Source of the DNA: Squalus acanthias
Lineage: Eukaryota
Length of the DNA stretch: 64,000 nucleotides
NCBI GenBank assembly: GCA_030390025.1
Contig: CM059433.1
Span: 7,008,001 to 7,072,000 of the forward strand
Direction: 5' to 3'
Position 1 is the stretch's first letter. Each line of letters starts with the position of its first letter. The position numbers and the translations under genes are program-made. Shown in pieces: positions 54,644 through 64,000 of the stretch. The notes under the pieces were generated by a model that made no database searches, had not been told where the DNA came from, and worked only from the letters and a program-made list of their open reading frames with translations.

Positions 54644-55852
54644 AAAACAGCTTCTCCTGTCCACTCGTGTTTCATGCATCCTGTGCACTCCCTTGTGCCT
54701 CAACTCTCTAATTCCTCCCAGGTTCATGTCTCTGAACTGATGTTTGAGAGGGCAAGAGTGAGTAACGGTATGTGCTGGATGTTGAGGGGCCTGCATCTTG
54801 TACCTCCTCTGTTTATGGAATTGTGTGAAGCACATCTAGAGAAGAGGAAGAGAAGTTAGAATGGGTTACCGCGGAGCTATGTTTGTGTGTTGCTTTCAGG
54901 AGGGTTTCATGATCCAGTTTTTTTGACATGTTTTATAGAGTGCAATAGGGTGAGATGGAAGAGAAGCAAATAATGTCCCAATGAACCTGCAGTGGGCACC
55001 TGCCCTTTGACTTCCCCAACTCCTTCGAGCTCTCCCTCCCCATGTGTTCCAAAGCTTCCTCCTCGTTCGGGTGCGAGGACACAGATTTGGGAATCTACCA
55101 CAATGGCCAATTTCTTTCTGGTCCCAAGTGTTGTCTGCTCCTTTAAAATAAATGCAAAAAGTGACAATGACCTTCAGTTAGCAGAGGATGGAGTCCAACC
55201 CAAGTGTCAGCATGCAGCTCATAATGAGGGTGCTAACCGGCGCATGAACCAAGCAATTACATATCAGATGAGATTTCTAGGGCGGGGTGACAACATGTAA
55301 GGATGTGAGTGATGCCACACTTGGAAGAGAAGAATGGGGGTGTAATGGGCTCCGCAGTACCTCTTGGGTATTTGATGATCAGTTACTGAAGCACTTTGAC
55401 ACAATGGAGGTGATTGTATGCTGCAGACATGCTTAATTTGGTGCATTTAGAAAGGTTTCAATGGCTCCTCTTACTTAGGCAGATCTAGTACGGCAATTTA
55501 ACTTTTTTGCAATGCTCTGTTGCCATGCTTGGGGTGGTGGAGTTGGCACTGACTGCTCTGATCTCCTCCTGCCATTGTTGATGAATATCATTATAGGATT
55601 CCTAACTTTTGCGAGAAACACTTTGCCACCTCATGTGTGAACCTGGGGGCCTCCCATCCACTGTCTTGAACTTTCAGGCATTTCCTTTCAAGGGCTGCTG
55701 GAGATTTCTGATTTTGCTGTGCTGCCCCGTTAAGTTGCTGCAGGCCTTGAAATCCTGCAGCAGCACAGAAGCTTCTTCCCCCACAACGGTGAGCTCCTAA
55801 TGAGTGGCATTCCTGACCCACATTATCCAAATCTGTGGGACTCATCCACATA

Positions 55853-56330
55853 GTGTCAGCCGTGGCTCAGAGGGTAGCGCACTCGCCTCTGAGTCAGAAG
55901 GTTGTGGGTTCAAGTTCCCACTCCAGGGACTTGAGCACATAAAGCTAGGCTGACACTCCCAATGCAGTGCTGAGGGAGTGCCGCACTGTCGGAGGTGCCG
56001 TCTTTCGGATGAGATGTTAAACCAAGGCCCCGTCTGCTCTCTCAGGTGGACGTAAAAGATCCCCATGGGCACTATTTCGAAGAAGAGCAGGGGAGTTATC
56101 CCCGGTGTCCTGGGTCAATATTTATCCTTTAATCAACATAAGAAAAACAGATTATCTGGTCATTATCACATTGCTGTTTGTGGGAGCTTGCTGAGCGCAA
56201 ATTGGCTGCCGCGTTTCCTACATTACAACAGTGACTCCACTCCAAAATGTACTTCATTGGCTGTAAAGCGCTTTGAGATGTCCGGTGGGCGTGAAAGGCG
56301 CTATATAAATGCAAGTCTTTCTTTCTTTCT
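55853..56330 (+). mobile_element. Full-length DeuSINE (SacSINE1-like)
   Basis: Pol III A box TGGCTCAGAGGG, B box GGTTCAAGTTCC, Deu domain, and L2-type tail AAGGCGCTATATAAATGCAAG(TCTT)n. Confidence 0.9.
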
Positions 56331-56464
56331 TTTATGCAAATTCTGCTGACCCTGGGAACTCCAGTGGGATCAGCGCACTTCTCGATCGGCAGGCGGGGCT
56401 CCGCTCCCTTACTTTTCTACTCGGGTTTCACCCAACTGCCTATGTCACGAAATACATAAAACAA

Positions 56465-56771
56465 ATTTCATTCATATAGCAACTTCAGCATAGTAAAATG
56501 TCACAAGGCACGTCACAGGAGCGTTATCAGACAAACATCGAGCCAAAGAAGGAGACATTAGGACAGGGGACCAAACGCCTGGTCAAAGCGGCAGGTTTTA
56601 AGCAGCCTCATATAAAGGAGGAGAGGTGGCGAGGTGAAGAGGTTTGGGGAGGGAATTCCAGAGCTTAGAGCTTAGAGGGCCACCAATGATGGGCCGAAGG
56701 AAGTGGGGGGGAGGCACAAAAGGCCAGAGTTGGAGTTCTTGAAGGGTTGTCTGGCTGGAGGACGTTACAGA
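56465..56771 (-). mobile_element. L2 LINE 3' fragment, decayed
   Basis: Collinear with 39155-39500 (GGTCAAAG...GGTTTTAAG...GGGAATTCCAGAGCTTAG). Confidence 0.75.
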
Positions 56772-58324
56772 GCCTCACTCTAAAAGACGTAGGTCTTGCT
56801 ATCAATCCCCGCACGAGGGTTGGTGGGGGGTGGGGGGTGGGGGGGTTAAAAAGTGAAATTCGAGTAAAATGACCCCAACAGGCCGTGCATGCGCCTACCG
56901 CCATTTCTATGGTGGTGGATATCGGGACGTCTGACTATCCCGCTAAGAGGCAGGACGGTCATTAACATACATACATCGGACTCCTATAATACAATTGGGA
57001 GTCCAAATTGAAATTAACACCTGCTGCACGGGTTTCCTGGGGACTCGGCAGGGTAATGGAGGCGAGATTGAGCGGCACATTACTGGAGTGGTGAAAGGTC
57101 AGGAGGCCCGATCTGAATAAAGGTTCAGTGCTCACAGCTGCTTTTTCAGATCCCTCTGGGAAGTGGTTTGGTGAGAGTACCAGGTGTGAGAAAGTTATTT
57201 GCAGAGTTTTGAGTTGTTCAGATAGAGACGCTCACAATGGGTGACACCCTGGCTGCTTTTGACTGATTGGACTTCAGAAGAGGAGCAGAATGAGGATCAG
57301 CAGCAGCAAGGACCTGCTGAGGAGGGAGCTGCAGGTGGCCAGCAGAGAAGGGAGCAACAGAGGGGTTGAGGTCGCAGGAGGCCATACCCACCTAACAGGG
57401 TCTACAGACAGAGGCTCAGCTTCCTTGACCTGTCGGAGGAGCAGTGCTTCCAAAGGCTGAGGTTGTCACGTCAGGTGGTCACAGACAACTGTAACCCCCT
57501 AGAAGAAGACCTACTGCCTGCTGGACCTGGCAGCCATGCATTATCAGCAGCTATGAAAGTGACCACGGCCCTCAATGTTTTTGCCTCCGGTTCCTTCCAG
57601 GGCGCTACTGGAGACATAGCGAGGGTCTCGCAATCAGCTGCACATAAATGCATAAGGCCGATGACAGATGGATTGTTTGCCAGGGCTGGGACTTATATAA
57701 ACTTCCCCTGTGATGTCAACAGCCAGTATGAGCGAGCACTGGGATTCGTGTCTCTGGCTGGTTTCCCACAGGTGCAGGGTGCCATTGACTACACACACAT
57801 GCCAATCCGAGCACCGCCGGATCAACCTGGAGCATTCACCAACCGCAAGGGGATTTCATTCCATCAATGTGCAGCTGGGGTGCAACCACAAGAAAAGGTT
57901 CATGCAGGTCTGCGCCAGATTCCCTGGGAGCTGCCATGATGCTTTCATACAGTGACAGTCCAACATCCCCAACATGTTCAGACCAGGAACTAGCCTTAAA
58001 GGGTGGCTGCTAGGCGACAAAGGATACCCCCTTCAAACCTGGCTGATGACACCTCTGAGGAACCCCACCAAGGAACACCAGGAGCACAACATCTCCAGCC
58101 ATATAACAACCAGATGTGTCATCGAGCAAGCCATCGGCAGGCTCACGTTGCGCTTCAGGTGCCTGGACAGGCACCCTTCAGTACTCACCAGTGAGAGTCT
58201 CCAGGATAATCATGATGTGCTGTGTTCTGCACAACATAGCACAGCAACGAGGACTAGAGGTGCAGGAGGAACAAGCTGCACAGCATTCCTCACCTGATGA
58301 TGATTCCAATGGAGAGGAGAAGAG

Positions 58325-59429
58325 TAACAGAAAGCAGAGAGTCGAACTAACAGAAAGCAGAGAGTCGGGATAAATGGGTCATTTTCCGGTTGGCAAACGG
58401 TAACTAGTGGGGTGCCACAGGGATCGGTGCTGCGACCTCAACTATTTATAATCTACATTAATGACTTGGATGAAGGGACCGAGTGTAATGTAGCCAAGTT
58501 TGCAGATGATACAAAGATGTGTGGGAAAGCAAGTTGTGCAGAGGACTCAACCTGCAAAGGGATATAGACAGGCTAAGTGAGTGGGCAAACATTTGGCAGA
58601 TGGAGTATAATGTGGGAAAGTGCGAGGTTATACACTTTGGCAGGAAAAATAAAAAAGCAAATTATTATTTAAATGGAGAGAGATTACAAAATGCTATAGT
58701 TCAGAGGGACCTGGGGGTCCTTGTGCATGAAACACAAAATGTTAGCATGCAGGTACAGCAAGTAATCAAAAAGGCAAATGGAATGTTGGCCTTTATTTCA
58801 AAGGGGTTGGAGTATAAAAGCAGGGAAGTCCTGCTACAACTGTACAGGGTATTGGTGAGACCACACCTTGAGTACTGCGTACAGTTTTGGTCTCCTTATT
58901 TAAGGAAGGATATACTTGCATTGGAGGCAGTTCAGAGACGATTCACTAGGTTAATTCCAGAGATGAGGGGGTTGACTTATGAGGAAAGGTTGAGCAGGTT
59001 GGGCCTATACTCATTGGAGTTTAGAAGAATGAGAGGTGATCTTATTGAAACATATAAGATACTGAGGGGGCACGACAAGGTAGATGCAGAGAGGATGTTT
59101 CCCCTCGTGGGGAAATCTAGAACACGGGGGCACAGTTTTAGAATAAAGGGTCGCCCTTTTAGAACTGAGATGAGAAGGAATTTCTTCTCTCAGAGGGTCG
59201 TAAATCTGTGGAATTCTCTGCCCCAGAGAGCTGTGGAAGCTGGGTCGGTCATTAAATACATTTAAGGTGGAGATCGACAATTTTTTGCAAGATAAGGGAG
59301 TGAAGGGTTATGGGGAGCGGGCGGGGAAGTGGCTTTGAGCCCAAGATCAGCCATGATCTTATTGAATGACGGAGCAGGCTCGAGGGGCCAAGTGGCCTAT
59401 TCCTGCTCCTATTTCTTATGTTCTTATGT
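58325..59429 (+). mobile_element. CR1 LINE, 5'-truncated (RT core to tail)
   Basis: SGVPQGSVL, KFADDTK, 248-aa ORF 58519-59265, TTCTTATG x2 tail. Confidence 0.93.
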
Positions 59430-59471
59430 AAGTAAGATGGGGTGCCCAAGGCCAGACCAGCCAGTCACATT

Positions 59472-59643
59472 AATACAAAAGCAAAATACTGCGGATGCTG
59501 GAAATCTGAAATAAAAACACAAAATGCTGGAAATACTCAGCAGGTCAGGCAGCATCTGTGGAGACAGAAACAGAGTTAACGTTTCAGGTCGATGACCCTT
59601 CGTCAGACCTGCTGAGTATTTCCATCAGTTTCTGTTTTTATTT
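59472..59643 (-). mobile_element. Short Penelope-like insertion with inverted termini and a 14-bp TSD
   Basis: CAGCCAGTCACATT at 59458-59471 and 59644-59657; 59606-59646 is an inverted copy of about 59506-59546. Confidence 0.8.
59575..59606 (-). ncRNA. Minimal hammerhead ribozyme core (5' arm of stem I lost at the inversion junction)
   Basis: Minus strand: CTGACGA-A-GGGTC-ATC-GACCT-GAA-ACGT-T-AAC. Confidence 0.65.
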
Positions 59644-59740
59644 CAGCCAGTCACATTGCTGCTCAGGATGACATACAGGAAACTTTCGTTTATCCGGCAC
59701 CCAAATATCCGGAATTCTCGCTTAACCGGCAAAAGTCATC

Positions 59741-59876
59741 CTCCGAAAACTCCTCTCAAATAACCGGCAATGTTGCCGAGTCGCAGTCGAGTCTCCGCGA
59801 ACGCCGAGTGCTCCGAAAACTCCTCTCAAATAACCGGCAATGTTGCCGATCCTGAGTCCGAGTCCGCGAACGCCGA
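59741..59876 (+). repeat. 70-bp-period direct repeat in the Tigger 5' subterminal region
   Basis: CTCCGAAAACTCCTCTCAAATAACCGGCAATGTTGCCGA at 59741 and 59811. Confidence 0.9.
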
Positions 59877-60104
59877 TTTAGTCAGTAGGGGCACTTTTCA
59901 AAAGTGCCACTACTCGGCCTCCTGGCGCTGTCGCAAGTCCGAAACATTGCAGTAGCATGAGCAGATTCTCCCGCGCTGCCTGGAGTCTCTTCTGATCGGC
60001 CATTTTGCTGGGTGTCTCCCACGATGCTGGTAGTCTCTTCCTAGCCACCATTGTTCTGTGTGTCTTTCTATCTTCATCGGCAATTATCTCCTCCATCTTG
60101 CATT

Positions 60105-61877
60105 ATGGAATTCCCAAAAGCTGGTCCAAGCAAAAGGAAGAGAGTGGTCTTAACTTTAAAACAGAAAATCGAGATATGCCAATGACTAGAAAGGGGAGAG
60201 AAGCGTATCAACATTATGAATGAATTCAAAATCGGTTCGTCAACAATCTACGACATCAAATCGCAGAAGGATAAGCTGCTCAAGTTTTATTCAAGCTCGG
60301 AGACATGCAAGAGTGTAGAGAAACAGCGTACGCTTCGTAAGCCTAAGCTTGAAGAGCTGGACACCGTGCTTTATGAATGGTTTTCTCTTAAGCGTTCAGA
60401 GGGTGTTCCAATTTCCGTACCCATGCTAATCGAGAAAGCAAAGGATTTCTACGAAAGGATGGAGCTCACTGACAAGTGTGCTTTCTCCGATGGATGGCTA
60501 ACGTGCTTCAAGTTACGGCACGGGATACGACGACTCGATATTTCCGGGGAGAAGAAATCAGCTGATCACGAAGCCGCAGAAGAATACTGCGATTATTTCA
60601 ATCGGATTGTGCAGCAACATGATTTGTCGCCAGCACAGATCTACAATGCCGATGAAACTGGCTTGTTTTGGAGGTTTTTGCCAGAATCAACGCTTGCTGG
60701 GGCTAGTGAGGCTAATGCTTCAGGTTACAAGAAAAATAAAGATCGTGTAACCGTGCTAACATGTGCGAACGCCGCTGGATCACACCGGGTTAAACTTCTT
60801 GTTATCGGGAAGTATAAAAATCCCCGTGCATTTAAAAATGTGAGGCACTTACCTGTTGAGTACAAAGCTCAAAAAAATGCTTGGATGGATAAGGAAATCT
60901 TCTCCGATTGGTTCCATCATATTTTTGTTCCATCTGTGAAGGAACATTTCCGCAGAATAGGGAAACCTGAAGATAGCAAATGCATTTTATTGCTTGATAA
61001 TTGCAGAGCCCATCCGCATGAATCCCAGTTGGTTTCGGGAAATATTTTCACCATTTATTTGCCACCAAATGTAACTTCTCTCATCCAACCCATGGACCAG
61101 GGCGTTATCCAAAATCTGAAGTGTCATTACAAGAAAGACTTCCTACGTAAACTGCTAAGCCAAGATGAGAATATTCAAGATTTGCAGAAGGAATACAATA
61201 TTAAAGATGCCATCTATAATGTTGCATGTTCCTGGAAATTGGTGAAAGGTCACACTCTGAGGCAAGCCTGGCGCAAATTGTGGCCTTCTGTAATGTTTGC
61301 TGAAGGTTCTTCTTCAGAGGAGGAATTTCATGGGTTCAGTGTTCGTCCCAAGAAGAGTACAATAATGGAAATGGCTGGAATGGTGAAAAATGCAGGCCCA
61401 GCAAACCCTCTACGTCACCTCAGTGAAAGTGATATCGAGCAGTGGGTTGATGCAGATAGAGAAGTTGGTGTTGTGCATATGCTAAGTGATGATGAAATAA
61501 TTCAGAATGTTTTGAATCCAAAGAAAGAAAAGGAAAGCGAGATGGAAAGTGAAGAGGATGAGATTTCTGAAGAAGAGAAGATTTCTTGGGCTAAAGCTGC
61601 AGAAGGATTTTCTACAATCCTCAAATTTGCTGAAAGGCAGAATTGCTACTCTGCACAAGAAGTTATGCAACTCCATATTCTGCATTCCACCTTTCTACAG
61701 AAAAGGCAAGAGTCCACTAAGCAAACCGACATCCGCAACATGTTTAAGAAAGCTTCCAAAAGAGTCGCAGCAGCGGAAGTGCCTGAAGAATCTGTGGCAT
61801 CGGTGGAACTGCGTGATCCTGATGACCCAGCTGGCACGGATACGGATATTTCTGATGAACCAGATGACTCGGAATAA
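60105..61877 (+). CDS. pogo/Tigger transposase (CENP-B-type HTHs plus DDE_1, DD32D); 590 codons with an in-frame TGA at codon 27; uninterrupted 553-aa ORF from 60216
   Basis: [36 protein letters not shown] is in frame with [40 protein letters not shown] (32 residues between D2 and D3); acidic C-terminus. Confidence 0.92.
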
Positions 61878-63012
61878 GTGTACAGTCAACTACAGTACTG
61901 TAGACAGTCGTTTATAAGTTTTGTTTTACTGTTAAGTAATTAAAGAGTTATGGATTACCCTCAACTGGCAGTACTGTACTTAATCAAGCATCTTCCACTA
62001 TCCATTTAACACAACATTCTGTAGGTGAGTACCCAAATACTGTATACTGCACATTTCTTGATTTTTGAATGTTAAAAATAGCCTCGGTAGATATAACTCT
62101 CCGTTATCTGGTACTTTCGATAAACCGGCACCACGCCAGTCCCGTCGATGCCGGATAAACGAAAGTTTCCTGTAGTAGCTCGAAGATTCAGTTAGTCACT
62201 CACACTGGACCAAAGTATCTATAACATTCCCCGCCCCCTCCTCCACCCCTCACTTACACAGCAACCCATCCACTCGTTGCACATCCACCAATTGGTCTCA
62301 GTCAATTCCATATCTCCACATTGAGCACCAGGCAAATGAAAAGCAGAGTTGGCAAGAATGGGGACCATGGGAAAGTGGTGCAAAGTGATGAATTTAATGT
62401 AACATAATAAATTAAAAATATTCACGAATAGCCCAAAACACCAATGTGCATACCCTTGGTGAACTACGAAGCTTTTCTCTTTCTCTCTCTGGCACCTGTA
62501 CCTGGTGCAATCTGTGTGGCTTCAGCAGAGGTCGAGGCAGGCTGCTCTGATCCCTGCTGACTTCTGAGGAGCTCGCGGCCGACAACCTCTGGGTGTTGGA
62601 GCCCGTGAGGGCCCCACCAATGACTGCTTCACCTGTACCTGTGCAGGGGTAGACGGGGCCAGTGGGACAGGAGGCAGCATATTGGGTACTTGTTGGGCAG
62701 GGGGGGGTGGGGGGAGCAATGGGTGAGATGTGCATATACTTTGAGAGGAGTTTGCACTTTCATCCCCCTTATCACCATTCTCCCTCTCCTGGGCCAGCGG
62801 AACATCACTCCTGCCTCTCTGTGGGAGAGCAGCTTGGAGGAGATCAGTTACGCCTCGGAGGCTCATGCCTAATCTGTCTGCCCGCAATGTGGAATCCAGT
62901 AGACGTGTCGGCGGATAAAGCTTGCAAGGCTGCTGTCTGGGCCTGCAGGGACTCGTTAGTGCGCTGTGATTCATCTTACATAGAGGCAGTCAGACTTGCA
63001 GTGGAACATTGT

Positions 63013-63792
63013 GGGCCGAATTTTGCGGTAGAAATAGCGGTGAGGCTAACAGCGCTCACCATTATTAACGTGAAAATCAGACAGTAGCTTCCAGCGACCG
63101 CGCATTCGCAGTTAAATGCGTAAATCAGGAAGTTACTGTCAGAGATGTCCTGCTCCTCCAAAAGCTGCGCAATAATGGTACCTTGCCGAGAGACTCACCA
63201 TTCAAATACATTGAACGGTATGAAGTTGCTGTACTTACCTAATAAACAAGGACTAAACTCACCAGAAAAAGTTAGCGTCTTCCATTCCAGTGTAAGTGAA
63301 TTTTTAACGGCGTGATAAATCTTAATTACTGACAAACAACATCTCTGTCAATGAAAATTAACATTTACAAGTGTGGAGTCTCATTCCTTCAGATTTTAAT
63401 TATTGTTGGAGATTTAAAAAATTTAAGTAATTTCTTTTTACTTTTTCTTTGTCTCTTTCATCTCTCTCTTTTAATCCAATCTTTCAGTCTCTCTTTATTT
63501 TGCCTTCTGTACCTGATTTGACAACGAATTAAATATTTTAACTTACACTTCCTGGTTCAGACTGTGCTGCTCATTAACGACTCTTCAATCTGATTGAAGT
63601 CCATCTCCGCATCAATCTGATTGGTTAAGGAGACACGCAGTTGCTTGCCTTGTTCACACAGGTCCCAGATGTGCTGTAGAGGGCGCCGCACTTTTTCGAT
63701 AGTTGGCTGACAGGAACTTCCAGTGCAAAAGCCCATAAAATGTCTATGGGCAAATACAAGTGAAATTTGCCGCTGACCGCAAAATCTGGCCC
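63013..63792. mobile_element. Harbinger-type MITE
   Basis: TIRs GGGCCGAATTTTGCGGT and ACCGCAAAATCTGGCCC (15/17), flanked by TGT on both sides. Confidence 0.85.
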
Positions 63793-63813
63793 TGTATCTT
63801 TGAAGGGGCCTAG

Positions 63814-64000
63814 AAAACATAGAACATAGAAACATAGAAAAATAGGAGCAGGAGTAGGCCATTCGGCCCTTTGAGCCTGCTCCGCCATTCAATATGATCA
63901 TGGCTGATCCTCTATCTCAATACCATATTCCCGCTCTCTCCCCATACCCCTTGATGCCTTTTGTGTCTAGAAATCTATCTATCTACTTCTTAAATATATT
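63814..64000 (-). mobile_element. CR1 LINE 3' end (continues beyond the window)
   Basis: (CATAGAAA)n tail and GGAGCAGGAGTAGGCCATTCGGCCC. Confidence 0.9.

Larger units (their letters stand above)
59676..62172 (+). mobile_element. Full-length pogo/Tigger DNA transposon (2,497 bp)
   Basis: Perfect 24-bp TIRs CAGGAAACTTTCGTTTATCCGGCA (59676-59699 and 62149-62172); TA on both sides; internal transposase. Confidence 0.96.
57237..62195 (+). pseudogene. Harbinger transposase pseudogene split by three insertions (main body 57237-58324)
   Basis: [72 protein letters not shown]; the rebuilt C-terminus is DGVPKARPASHIAAQDDIVARRFS*. Confidence 0.88.

Noticed and set aside
55853..55925. tRNA gene
   Set aside because: The A/B boxes belong to a SINE head that continues into the Deu domain.
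60216..61877. Domesticated host gene (TIGD/JRK/CENPB)
   Set aside because: Perfect TIRs, a TA TSD and insertion into another transposon show it is a mobile copy, so no symbol was assigned.

Overview
Repeat-dominated eukaryotic DNA with no host protein-coding gene that I can support. It is most likely from a cartilaginous fish; this is inferred from the repeat families (DeuSINE/SacSINE1-like SINEs, HER1/CR1-like LINEs, Penelope termini). About 45% of the window (8099-36902) is one G-rich minisatellite of about 21-23 bp units, TAATGAGAGTGATCGA(GA)Gn, with kb-scale internal duplications; all the long ORFs there are repeat artefacts. The flanks are a mosaic of 5'-truncated CR1 and L2 LINEs, tRNA-derived SINEs, decayed PIF/Harbinger transposase genes and MITEs, and a second polypurine array (48920-50640). 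Penelope-like pieces carry minimal hammerhead-ribozyme motifs (38004-38040 +, 59575-59606 -). A young 2,497-bp pogo/Tigger transposon (59676-62172) has perfect 24-bp TIRs and a TA TSD; its 590-codon transposase frame is broken only by one UGA in a UGA-CUAG readthrough context. That Tigger, a Penelope fragment and a CR1 are nested in the 3' end of one Harbinger transposase gene, whose C-terminus can be rebuilt in frame. Family assignments come from recognised motifs, not database searches; boundaries of decayed elements are approximate.
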